NCBI GenBank assembly: GCA_963817895.1
Contig: CAWFQB010000004.1
Coordinates: forward strand, 160,001 to 224,000
Source: an uncultured Chthonomonadaceae bacterium
GTDB lineage: Bacteria; Armatimonadota; Chthonomonadetes; Chthonomonadales; Chthonomonadaceae
DNA length: 64,000 nt
Reading direction: 5' to 3'
Part shown: positions 10,778 to 20,543 of the stretch, in pieces
Layout: every line of letters begins with the position of its first letter
Numbering within the stretch: the stretch's first letter is position 1
Position numbers and translations under genes: made by a program
Notes under the pieces: generated by a model
The model's input: the letters and a program-made list of their open reading frames with translations, nothing else
What the model was told of the DNA's origin: nothing
The model's database searches: none

Positions 10778-10847
10778 ACTCTCATGTATGCGCGCGTGAG
10801 GTCAGCAAATCGCCGATACGCAACTTCACGCCCCCAATCAAGAAACC

Positions 10848-11783
10848 TTAAACGCGAACGTAATTGCAGCTGGCAACGAGGCGGCCCGGAGAGCGCTCCA
10901 CGACCGCAATGCCGTTCGCGCTGCCGTCATTGTTGGAGTTGCCCTCGATAGTCATGTAGCGATCATTGCTTTTGACCGGACCGGCCACGAAACCGGTATG
11001 GAAATGACCGGACTCGCCGCCGATGCACAGGAAAATATCTCCCGGCCTCGGGCTGGAAACCAGTTTGTTATTCGCCTTTGCCCACCGGTAGACCGCGCTG
11101 CAACTGGCTTTGCCGTTGATATTCGCCATTGGATTGGCAACACCCATCTGGCTGGCCGCCAACTTCACGCAATGGTACACAAACGCCATGCACCACGGAT
11201 CACCCGGCGACGCGCCCGCATCTATCAAATACTGGCTCACTTCCGGCCCTTTATTGCTGCCGAGCGGCTGTTCATGGACGCCGATCAGCGTGGTCGCGAT
11301 TTGCAGGGCTGCGCCGCTCAGGTCGTTGCTATCCGCCGCTTTGGTGAACAGCGCCTGCCACGTATTCGGCCCCACCTGCCATCCGCTTCCAGCCCCACCG
11401 ACCTTTGAAACGCGGATACGGTTTCCTCGGTGGTCGGGCCGAATAATCCTGTTTGCTGCACCCCCAGGCGCTTCTGAATAAGTTTCACATTATCGCCTGT
11501 GCTGCCCGATTGCAGTATTGTGCCGGGTAAGGGATATTGTCCAGCGCGGGGGCGGCAAACAGCGCGCTCCAGGTATTCTGGCCGACAATGCCATCAGCCG
11601 TCAGCCCCTGCGCGGCCTGAAACGCTTTGACGAAATTCTCCGTCGTGGGTCCGAACAGCCCGGTTTGCTGTACTCCCAGCCGTTGCTGAATTTCTTTACA
11701 TCGTCGCCGGTAGCGCCGGCCTGAATGTTGTTGCCCGGAAATTCGTCTGCCACAGTAATCCTGCCTCCCATTTTTACAAGCAT
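10848..11783 (-). CDS. Peptidoglycan-binding repeat plus CHAP amidase domain protein (multiple frameshifts)
   Basis: FGPTTENFVKAFQAAQGLTADGIVGQNTWSAL PG-binding motif and a second copy (GPNTWQAL); CHAP PWCMAFV...HTGFV...TIEGN. Confidence 0.75.
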
Positions 11784-11884
11784 GGTTTCGATGATAATTG
11801 CTACATAGAAGAGTATAACCGAAAACTCGGCTGTTCGATGTGATAATATTCACAGGCTGCAAGAGAGATAATGCGCTTATCCGG

Positions 11885-13334
11885 TCAGGACTGTAGCGGG
11901 AAAGTGACGATCACTTGCGCTCCGCCCTGTTGATGGTTGCTATAAGCGACTTCGCCGCGCAAATCCCACCGCGCTACGCTTTCCACCAATTCCAGCCCCG
12001 TGTTTGCGGCCTGCTCGTGCATTGAAAGCAAGCGGAAACCCCGGCCCGTCGTCGCGCACTTCCAGGCGCACCTGGTCGCCTGCCTGCCGCAAATCCAGCG
12101 TAATATCCTGCCTGCCGTGCTTGACCGCGTTACTGATAAGTTCGTTAATGAGCAGGCTGAGCGCCGCGCCGTCCTTGATGGAAAGCGGCACATCTGTCAA
12201 TGTGGGTGTGCAAATGCCGGCCTTCGAGCGTGCTGGCGATCAGGCCGAGCAGTTTGTGCAGCAGGGGGCGCGTGGAAAGATGCGTCAGGTCGGCATCGGT
12301 TTTGGCCTGTATGGTCAGCAGGTCGTGAATGGCGGCCAGGGTGCGGACATGCTGCGAAACGCGGTTCAGGGCAACGATGGAGGCCGCTTCCGTCACCTGG
12401 TCCCGCTGCACTTCGATAAGCGCGTTGATGACTTGCAGGTTGTTTTTCACCCGATGGTGGGTTTCCTGCATGGCCCGACGCAGGCGGATGTTGAGCGCTT
12501 CCATTTCTTCCTGATGCGTCCGCAGGGTTTCTTCCGTCTGCTTTTGCCGGTCTATATCCGTCAGCGTTCCGAAGTACCGGCGTGTTGCGCCCTCGCTATC
12601 CCGAACCGGCACAATGCGTCCCAGATACCAGCGATACGCGCCGTCCATGCCCCGAAACCGATACTCAATATCGAAACTGCCTTGATCGGCCTGTTCGCGC
12701 CACTCGCGCAGCGTCTTGTCCAGATCGTCGGGATGAATAGCGCGCGTCCAGCCCCGCCCCAGCGACTCCTCTTCCGTCAGTCCCGTATACTCGTACCAGC
12801 GCTGATTGAGATACTGGCAGCCGCCCTCCGGTGTTGCCATGAGCGCAATAGTGGGAACGGATTCGGTCAGGGTACGGTAGTGCGCCTCGCTCCATTTCAG
12901 CGCGTCTTCCAGACGTTTGTGCTCGCTGATGTCGCGCGTGGTTCCCACCACGCGCAGGGGCGTTACCCTCCTCATTGCGTATGGCCCGCCCGCGTATCTC
13001 TATCCAGCGTATCGTTCCGTCCACGCGCTGAATACGGGTTTGCGTAACTATCTCTGTTCCTGCCTGTATGTTCCGCCGCATCTCCGTCAGCAGCCGTTCG
13101 CGCTCTTCAGGGACGACATGCGCGATAAACTGCGTCGTTCGTCCAGGCGGGTTGTGGCGCATCATAGCCGAATATCCGTTCATGATGTGGCGAAGTCGAG
13201 ACAAACCCGTTGGCTAAATCCAGTTCCCACAGCCCCAACTCCGCCGTATCCAGGCAGAAGTTGATACGCGGGTCGCCGTCCGCCAGAGCGGTGTTTAAAG
13301 GCTCGGCTATAGCGTCAAGAGAGAGTTCGGACAT
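11885..13334 (-). CDS. PAS/PAC sensor histidine kinase, HisKA_2/HWE type (multiple frameshifts)
   Basis: Two PAS domains (YLNQRWYEYTG, IHPDD), ETHHRVKNNLQVI, INELISNAVKHG and VRDDGPGF. Confidence 0.85.
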
Positions 13335-13858
13335 AGTTTGTTCGGAAAGATTCTCTGCGTGTACACATCCCGTATGCGGCGGACGCCGTTCGCGGGAAAG
13401 CGCACCATTTTGGTGTGCCAGTAGTGGCCCTCTTCGCTGCCGCGTACCAGTTTTGTCGCCGCGGGGTTTCCATCTATATACGAGCGGAAAGACGTAAATG
13501 TCGTGCGCGGCGGCGTATGCTGTATATCTTCCGCGCCGTTTTCCTCATCGGGATCGTTTGCCCCGCTGCCCTCATCCGGGAAGCCCATGCGGACGGCGCA
13601 GGCCGGCCCGGTGTTTGTAAACACGAAGCGGCAGTCTACCGTATACCCGTCTTTGTCCACGACGATGTTGATAACTTCGCTGGTCATGGATACGGAGGGA
13701 TGCCCTGAGAGCAGGCGCGGCGTACCCCCCATAGAAATGCCGCCGTCGTTGGCGGAAGCGTGGGGAGACAGGGCGCACAAACCGCCGAGCGCGAGAATGC
13801 CGATAAACAGCGCGCGAAACGAAACAGAACCAGTCGTGAACATGCGGGCGGGGAACAT
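13307..13858 (-). CDS. Secreted DUF4424-like protein, apparently C-terminally truncated
   Basis: Signal peptide then ANDGG...VSMTSEVI...CRFVFTNTG...MGFP; ends abruptly at the kinase start. Confidence 0.5.
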   Translation of the reverse strand: MFPARMFTTGSVSFRALFIGILALGGLCALSPHASANDGGISMGGTPRLLSGHPSVSMTSEVINIVVDKDGYTVDCRFVFTNTGPACAVRMGFPDEGSGANDPDEENGAEDIQHTPPRTTFTSFRSYIDGNPAATKLVRGSEEGHYWHTKMVRFPANGVRRIRDVYTQRIFPNKLCPNSLLTL

Positions 13859-14023
13859 CGGTTTCTAACCTCCGGCGAATGAAAACAGGAAATGAAGCGT
13901 ATACAAATTAATTATGTATTTGTCTTAAATTCAGAATACCTGAACAACGGCAGTTGGTCTATAACGTTATGTATATCCTGACTGTGAATTTTAGCACAGG
14001 GTTAACGCAGAGAAGGGTTCTCA

Positions 14024-14032
14024 TGGTATAAT
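14024..14032 (+). promoter_or_regulatory. Extended -10 promoter element upstream of yacL
   Basis: TGgTATAAT in an AT-rich intergenic region. Confidence 0.45.
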
Positions 14033-14261
14033 GGGCAAGCAGGACTCTCGTGACGCTGCCAAATCGGGTTCCCCGCCACACCCTCTTTTTCAACACACCA
14101 GAGTCAGTTCTTTATTCCCAACTGCATTACTAAACTGCCGATAACGCGAATGTGTCAGAAGCGCGCAAACACGCCTGCGCGAACTGCGCAGCAGTCAGAT
14201 TAGAACATCAGGAAATGTGATGTGCCTCGGAGCACTGGAAAGCGGGTGGAATTGTTATCTC

Positions 14262-15518
14262 ATGGTACGGAAAAATTTTAAGCAATTATTCAGCATTGCG
14301 CTTGCCGTTTTGTTTGGCTGCATCGGCCTGCTGATTGGCGTGGCCGTGATGCAGCAGATTCAGCAGCCGGAGCCAACCGGCGTTCTCAACCTGTTCAAAG
14401 ACGCGACCAAAGACCGCCCCTATTATCTGAGCGCGATTGTGCTGGCAATGGGCATGATCGGCCTGCTTGTTGGCGGCGTGATTGCGCCCAAACTCGCGCA
14501 ACGCCTGATTGACGCGGGGAACATGGTCGAGCAGATGTCGGCCAAAGACAAAGTCGCCGTCGGCATTGGAACCACAATTGGCATCCTGATTTCCCTGCCG
14601 TTTTTCGTTATTACGCTGCTAATCTCCCCCACGCCGCTTTACAAAGTGATGAGCGTCTTGATTTCTATCGTGCTGGCAGTCGCCTTTGTCTATCTGAGCA
14701 TACGGGGCATTATGAGCATGAAGGACGAGCTGCGTTTTGTCGGGCCTGCCGCCGTCGCGCCGGAGCCGGAAGAGGTCAATCCCACCGTCAACTGCAAAAT
14801 TCTGGATACCAACGTCATTATTGACGGGCGTATCGCCGACGTGTGCCGCACGGGATTTCTGGAAGGGCCGCTGTATGTGCCGGGGTTCGTGCTGGAAGAG
14901 TTGCAGCATATCGCGGATTCGGGCGACGGCCTGAAGCGGGCGCGCGGGCGGCGCGGGCTGGACATTCTGAACACGATGCAGAAGGAACTGCCGCTTATCG
15001 TGCGCACCTGGGACAAGGCGCTGGACAAAGCGTACCAGAACGAAGAAGTGGATACCAGACTGGTTCGGCTGGCGAAGGCGCTCGAAGGCATGATCGTCAC
15101 CAACGATTTCAACCTGAACAAAGTGGCGATGCTGCAGGGCGTACAGGTACTCAACGTCAACGAACTGGCGAACGCGCTGAAACCCGTCGTGCTGCCCGGT
15201 GAGATTATGATGGTCGGGATCGTCAAAGAGGGCAAGGAGCCGAATCAGGGCGTGGCGTATCTGGACGACGGCACGATGATCGTTGTCGAGGACGGGCGGC
15301 GCTATATCGGCGATACGCATGGCGTGATCGTAACCAGCGTGCTGCAAACCTCGGCAGGTAAAATGATTTTTGCCCGCGTCCGCACCGAAGAGGATGGAGA
15401 CCAGTTTGACTACAACGGGGGCAGGGACGGACGAAATGACAGCAACGGCAGCGGCAACTACCAGACCAACAGTGGCAGTGGTTTTACCCGCCGCGGGCCA
15501 GGCAAGAAGGTTCGGTAG
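14262..15518 (+). CDS. yacL: PIN/TRAM domain membrane protein (YacL family)
   Basis: N-terminal TMs, ILDTNVIIDGRI, RARGRRGLDIL, TNDFNLNKVA, YLDDGTMIVVE, LQTSAGKMIFA; upstream of ispD as expected. Confidence 0.9.
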   Translation: MVRKNFKQLFSIALAVLFGCIGLLIGVAVMQQIQQPEPTGVLNLFKDATKDRPYYLSAIVLAMGMIGLLVGGVIAPKLAQRLIDAGNMVEQMSAKDKVAVGIGTTIGILISLPFFVITLLISPTPLYKVMSVLISIVLAVAFVYLSIRGIMSMKDELRFVGPAAVAPEPEEVNPTVNCKILDTNVIIDGRIADVCRTGFLEGPLYVPGFVLEELQHIADSGDGLKRARGRRGLDILNTMQKELPLIVRTWDKALDKAYQNEEVDTRLVRLAKALEGMIVTNDFNLNKVAMLQGVQVLNVNELANALKPVVLPGEIMMVGIVKEGKEPNQGVAYLDDGTMIVVEDGRRYIGDTHGVIVTSVLQTSAGKMIFARVRTEEDGDQFDYNGGRDGRNDSNGSGNYQTNSGSGFTRRGPGKKVR

Positions 15519-16731
15519 CCCGGAAAACAAAATATGGGCGATGCTCGGCGGGCGTCCCGTCATCGAATGGACACTGGCCGCGTTCCAGAACCATCCAGGC
15601 GTGGACAGCATCACGATTGCCGCCGGGGAAAGCGAAATCGAGCGATTGCGGGAAACTGTCGTTCAATTTTCCAAAGTAACGGGCGTGGTTGTTGGCGGCG
15701 CGACGCGGGCCGAGTCGGTGCGCAACGGCCTGAACGCGCTGCCTCCGGACTCCGAACTCGTCCTTGCGCATGACGCCGCCCGTCCGCTCGTCAGCGCGGA
15801 ACTGATTGGCCGCGTGATTGAAGCGACGGCGCGGGTGGGCGCGGCGGTTCCCGGCCTGCCCCTGTCCGACACCATAAAACGCGCGGACGCGAACGGAATT
15901 GTACGCGCCACGCTTCCCCGCTCTATCACCAAAAACGGCGAAACACTTTCCGGCCTGACAGCGGTGCAAACGCCACAGGGCGCGCGCGTGTCTCTGCTTC
16001 GCGTCAGGCGTATGCCCGTTTTGATTTCGCCCAATCCGAGCCGACCGACGAAGCCTCCCTTATCGAAGCGCTTGGCGAACCCGTCCAAATCGTTCCCGGC
16101 GACCTGCGCAACCTGAAAATCACACGGCAGGAAGACCTCATAATTGCCGAAGCGTTGGGTATTCAGGTGTTCGGTTATTCAGGTATTCAGAACAATGCCG
16201 CGTCTTCCCCTGAACAACCCAATCCCGAATACCTGAACACCGAAACCCGAACCGGCCTGGGCTACGACGTTCACGCATTTGCGGAGCGTGGAAGCGGGGC
16301 GCAGGCTGTTTTTAGGCGGAATTGAGATACCGCACGACCGAGGGTTGGAGGGGCATAGCGACGCGGACGTGCTGCTTCACGCGGTTTGCGACGCGTTGCT
16401 CGGCGCAGCCTCGCTCGGCGACATCGGGATTCTGTTTCCCAACACGGACGAGGCGTACAAAGGAATCGCCAGCCTGAAATTGCTGGAAGTGGTTGCCGAA
16501 CGACTGCGCGAAGCGGGGTGGCAAATCGTCAACATAGACGCGACGGTTGTTGCCGAAGCGCCCAAACTGATGCCGCACCGCATTCAGATGCAGGAGGCGA
16601 TGGCAGCGTGTTTACGGATTGAACCAAATCGCGTCAGCGTCAAGGCAACTACTTCTGAAAAATTGGGTTTTGTCGGAAGGCGCGAAGGCATGGAAGCGAC
16701 GGCCATAGCCACTGTTGTACGCGGCATCTAA
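15436..16731 (+). CDS. ispDF: Bifunctional IspD/IspF (frameshifts near 16000 and 16285)
   Basis: PAAGQARRFG, GGATRAESV, HDAARP and VQTPQ; an alternative frame continues TDEASLIE...NLKIT...RTGLGYDVHAF with no stop; then GHSDADVLLHA...SVKATTSE. Confidence 0.88.
16157..16250. repeat. Inverted octamer repeat (GGTATTCA-type) in the IspD-IspF linker
   Basis: gggtattcaggtgttcggttattcaggtattcag ... cccgaatacctgaacaccgaaaccc. Confidence 0.75.
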
Positions 16732-16753
16732 TCCCACTGGAGGAGTTAAACTC

Positions 16754-17023
16754 ATGCCGGACGATCCCAACGCTGCCCCCAATCCTAATGTGCTTTCGCG
16801 GGAACTCTACAACCTGATTGTGGGCGGTTCCGCGATACCTGTCCTGCTGTTACTAATCGGACTCAGTTGGTACCTCATCAATCGCTATATGAATCCTGAA
16901 CATCGGCAGGAGCGGCGAAACCGTGAAATCCGGCAGGCAATCGCAATGCGTGAAGAGCGGGCGGAAAGAATGGCGCTGGAGAAAGCAAAAGAGGACGCGA
17001 AGGGCGGCAATACAACTCCCTGA
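16754..17023 (+). CDS. Small single-TM hypothetical protein
   Basis: GGAGGAG RBS, one hydrophobic helix and a charged tail. Confidence 0.65.
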   Translation: MPDDPNAAPNPNVLSRELYNLIVGGSAIPVLLLLIGLSWYLINRYMNPEHRQERRNREIRQAIAMREERAERMALEKAKEDAKGGNTTP

Positions 17024-17249
17024 ATGACTCAACCAAAATTATGGGCCGCAAACTGAAAAAAGCGCTTGTCAAATGCCGTCAGGTGTGGTAAGTTTAACTA
17101 AAGAATTTTAACTGATACTGTTTTAGCTCTGTTTGCCGTGTGCGTCTCTCCCGATGGAGGCGTGTCGGACGTTCAAGCGCGTTTCGCGCTCACTTCCCGC
17201 GCTGGTTTTGTCTATTGTTGCTTGTCCATCGTTTTCTGGAGGTCGCATC

Positions 17250-17648
17250 GTGAATGATATTCGAGAGACTGCCTGCCCGCTTCCTGAATCGCCTGTCCAA
17301 TCCCGCCCCGCGTACGCGCAATCTCTGGTATCCGTTTTGTCGTTCGTGCCTCGCATTTTCGCGCTGCTGGTGCTGATTATTTACGCGCCTGTTGTCGTAG
17401 CCGCCGGCCTGCTGGTTATGCTTACTTCCCCCGGCCCCGCGTTTGTCAAAAAAGCGTACCGCCGCAGCAAAGGCTCTCAGGACGTAGTGTATCTGTATGA
17501 ACTGCGTACAGAATGTTGGCGCACCTGGCAGCCCACATCGCTAGGACGCTGGCTCCTCCATCTGGATATTCCCCGCATCCCGCGCCTCGTCAACGTGCTG
17601 CAAGGCGAAATCAACGCCGGTGAGCGCGTCCACCGCATAAACGCTTGA
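17250..17648 (+). CDS. Short, divergent bacterial sugar-transferase (phosphoglycosyl transferase)-like protein
   Basis: GGAGGT RBS plus GTG; RIFALLVL..APV...TSPGPAF...YELRT...LGRWL..LDIPRIPRLVNVLQGEI; the canonical DELPQ motif is degenerate. Confidence 0.6.
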   Translation: MNDIRETACPLPESPVQSRPAYAQSLVSVLSFVPRIFALLVLIIYAPVVVAAGLLVMLTSPGPAFVKKAYRRSKGSQDVVYLYELRTECWRTWQPTSLGRWLLHLDIPRIPRLVNVLQGEINAGERVHRINA

Positions 17649-17652
17649 GGAA

Positions 17653-17786
17653 TTCACCACAGAGGCACAGAGACACAGAGGTTTCACAGAGGGATTGGAG
17701 AGAAGGGAAGAGAACAATTGATTTTCTCCAGTTTCCTCTTCTTAAATCTCTGTGAAACCTCTGTGTCTCTGTGCCTCTGTGGTGAA
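17653..17786. repeat. Inverted repeat of the CACCACAGAGGCACAGAGACACAGAG family between convergent genes
   Basis: 39-bp perfect IR 17653-17691/17748-17786; single right-arm copies at about 46771-46810 and 52078-52116. Confidence 0.92.
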
Positions 17787-17795
17787 GTATTGCTC

Positions 17796-18716
17796 CTACC
17801 AGCCGCGATTTGCCATCAGTTCGGTTTCGGGCAGGGCGCGAATATCTAATCCCGGCATGGCTTCGCCGATTCCCATCGAGACTTCCGCAAGATACGCGGG
17901 GTCCTGATAGTGGGCAACCGCGTCCACAATGGCGCGGGCGCGTCCGGCGGGATCGGACGATTTGAAGATGCCGGAGCCGACAAAAACGGCTTCCGCGCCC
18001 AAGTACATCATCAGGGCGGCGTCGGCGGGCGTGGCGATACCGCCGGCGGAAAAGTTCGGCACGGGCAGGCGTCCCGTTTTGTGGACTTCCTCAATCAGAT
18101 GATAGGGAGCGCGGAACTCTTTGGCCGCCACCATCAGTTCATCCTCCTGCATGACGTGAACGCGGCGAATGTCGCGCATCAGCGTTCGCATGTGCCGAAC
18201 CGCCTCGACAACATTGCCGGTTCCCGCTTCGCCTTTGGTGCGGATCATGGCCGCGCCCTCGCCGATACGCCGCAACGCTTCGCCCAAATCTCTGCAGCCG
18301 CACACGAACGGCGCTTTGAACGGGTGCTTGTTGACGTGGTTCTCTTCGTCAGCGGGCGTCAGCACTTCGCTTTCGTCAATGAAGTCCACGCCAATAGATT
18401 CCAGAATCTGCGCTTCGACAAAATGCCCGATGCGGCACTTCGCCATAACGGGAATCTCATGCCCCTTGATGGCGTCCATAATCTCGCGTATCATCTTCGG
18501 GTCGGACATACGGGCTACGCCGCCATCCCTGCGTATATCAGACGGCACACGCTCCAATGCCATTACCGCCGTCGCGCCCGCTTCCGCCGCAATCACGGCC
18601 TGCTCCGGGTTCGCCACATCCATGATGACGCCGCCCTTGAGCATCTCCGCCAATCCTACTTTTGTGCGCCATGTTGACTTCTGCGCATTGATATCGTTCA
18701 TACTTCTACTCTCCAT
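17796..18716 (-). CDS. pdxS: Pyridoxal 5'-phosphate synthase lyase subunit
   Basis: [48 protein letters not shown] and terminal ANRGW. Confidence 0.97.
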   Translation of the reverse strand: MESRSMNDINAQKSTWRTKVGLAEMLKGGVIMDVANPEQAVIAAEAGATAVMALERVPSDIRRDGGVARMSDPKMIREIMDAIKGHEIPVMAKCRIGHFVEAQILESIGVDFIDESEVLTPADEENHVNKHPFKAPFVCGCRDLGEALRRIGEGAAMIRTKGEAGTGNVVEAVRHMRTLMRDIRRVHVMQEDELMVAAKEFRAPYHLIEEVHKTGRLPVPNFSAGGIATPADAALMMYLGAEAVFVGSGIFKSSDPAGRARAIVDAVAHYQDPAYLAEVSMGIGEAMPGLDIRALPETELMANRGW

Positions 18717-18749
18717 TGCTGTACCCTGCTTTGGGTTGTCGCCCGCCTG

Positions 18750-19271
18750 CTACTTACCTATGGGTACGCCGTTAGTCGTCATTGTCATACTGAGTGTTTT
18801 AGAACGCTTTCTGAGCCAGCCACTCCCCGTTTTAATCCATAAATCTTCGGCAGTTTCATCGCCTGACATTTTCTGAGAAGTTTTCGCATCCCCGATGGTT
18901 ACGCCGGAAATGTGGTTTTTGACCACAACTGTAGCCTGGTTACTCTTCTTCAGCGTAAGCGTCTGAACTTTCTGCGTGATCGTAAGGGTTTTCATGCTTA
19001 TCATCACGGATTTTGCCGCGTCTTTGGTCTGTTCCAAATTCTTCTTCTCGCCCTTTTCGTTGATGGACACGTAATCCGGCGCATAACTGCGAAAAGTGGC
19101 GTTTACATCGTGTTTGCTGATTGCAACGCTTTCGGCATCATAGAACGCTTGAATATTTTTCCGCGCATCTGAAGCCGCGTCTGCGAACGCAAGGCCAGCT
19201 GACGCGCAAACCAGTGAGCAGGTTAAAGCAAACGCGGTTCGCTTCCATGTCTGCGTACATTGAAATGACAT
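18750..19271 (-). CDS. Secreted NTF2-like (DUF4440-type) protein
   Basis: Signal peptide, YAPDYVSI and EDLWIKTGSGWL. Confidence 0.7.
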   Translation of the reverse strand: MSFQCTQTWKRTAFALTCSLVCASAGLAFADAASDARKNIQAFYDAESVAISKHDVNATFRSYAPDYVSINEKGEKKNLEQTKDAAKSVMISMKTLTITQKVQTLTLKKSNQATVVVKNHISGVTIGDAKTSQKMSGDETAEDLWIKTGSGWLRKRSKTLSMTMTTNGVPIGK

Positions 19272-19330
19272 TGTTTGTCTCCAACTTTCAGTGAGGCTAT
19301 TACGCCGTGCCTGCCTTCAAAGTACAGTTT

Positions 19331-19928
19331 TTACATTTCTCGTCGCCATTGCAGGGCGGAAATCAGGGTTGCCTGATCCGCGTAATCCAGGTCGCCGCCG
19401 GCGGGCAGGCCGTGCGCGATTTGCGACACTTTCACGCCCAGCGGTTTCAGGCGGTTCGCCAGATACAGCGCGGTTGTCTGCCCTTCCGTTGTCGGGTTCA
19501 GGGCGAGAATCACTTCCTGAATGCCGTCGGCGACGCGGGGAAACAGTTCGCGGATTTTCAGCAGTTCGGGCGTGATGTTGTCCATCGGCGAGATCACGCC
19601 CTGCAGGACATGGTACAGCCCCTTGAACTCGTTGGTCTTTTCCATCGCGATCAGGTCGCGGGTTTCGGCCACGACGCACATCAGCGTTCGGTCGCGCTTC
19701 GTGTCGCGGCACACTTCGCATAATTCCTGATCGGTGAAATTGGCGCAAACTTTGCACAATTTAATGTGCTGCTTGACGGACAAGGATGGCTTCGGCAAGC
19801 TGCGCCGCCTCTTCCTGCGGCTGCCGCAGAATATAAAACGCCATGCGCTGCGCCGATTTCGGCCCAATGCCGGGCAGTTTTTCCAGTTCCGCCACCAATC
19901 GGGCCAGCGGTTTCGCATAGTGTAGCAT
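19331..19928 (-). CDS. recR: Recombination mediator RecR (frameshift near 19785)
   Basis: MLHYAKPLARL...LPGIGPKSAQR, C4 zinc finger, YHVLQGVISP, NPTTEGQTTA and GGDLDYAD. Confidence 0.95.
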
Positions 19929-19938
19929 GGTAATATCC

Positions 19939-20053
19939 GGGGAGTGGGTAGTAGGGGGTAGGGAGTAGTTAGTGTGCTTTGTTACGAACGAAGCCCAATT
20001 ATAGAATTCGTACTTTCCTACTCCCTATTCCCCACTCACTACTCCCTATCCCA
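19939..20053. repeat. Inverted heptamer repeat (GGGAGTA-type) between ybaB and recR
   Basis: gggagtgggtagtagggggtagggagtag ... cctactccctattcccactcactactccc. Confidence 0.8.
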
Positions 20054-20417
20054 ACAGTCCCGGCGGCAGGTTGAGGTCGCCAAGCCCGCCGGTGATCTCT
20101 TTCATGCGGGCTTCCTGACCGGCCTGCGCCTGGGCCGTCGCTTCTTTCGCGGCGGTGATAATCAGGTCTTCCAGAATCTCCACGTCGTCGGGGTCCACGA
20201 CGGCGGGATTGATTTTCACTTCCACGAGATGGCCGTGTCCGTTGACGGTGACAGTCACCATGCCGCCGCCGGCCTGCGCGGGAACGCGCAATGTTTCCAG
20301 ATCGTTTTGCAGTTTCTCGGCGTCTTCCTGCATCTTTTGCGCCTGCTTCATCAACTTCTGCATGTCGCCGAAACCCGGCATTCCGCCGCCACCGCCACCG
20401 CCGCCAAATCGTGCCAT
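20046..20417 (-). CDS. ybaB: YbaB/EbfC nucleoid-associated protein
   Basis: MKQAQKMQ, AGGGMVTVTVNG and DPDDVEILEDLI; lies between dnaX and recR. Confidence 0.95.
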   Translation of the reverse strand: MARFGGGGGGGGMPGFGDMQKLMKQAQKMQEDAEKLQNDLETLRVPAQAGGGMVTVTVNGHGHLVEVKINPAVVDPDDVEILEDLIITAAKEATAQAQAGQEARMKEITGGLGDLNLPPGLLG

Positions 20418-20543
20418 GTTTAGTATCTCCTTGTGTGGGTCCAAAACCGGAAAAATACGCCGAAATTCAGAGTGTCTGTTCTATTATACGTTTATTGTAT
20501 CCGATGCAGCCGCAAATTGCGCGTGGATTGCTGCCGCAAACGG

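Noticed and set aside
10848..11783. Prophage endolysin
   Set aside because: No holin, structural or integrase genes nearby.
17796..18716. pdxS without adjacent pdxT as unusual
   Set aside because: Unlinked pdxT is common and cannot be assessed from one window.
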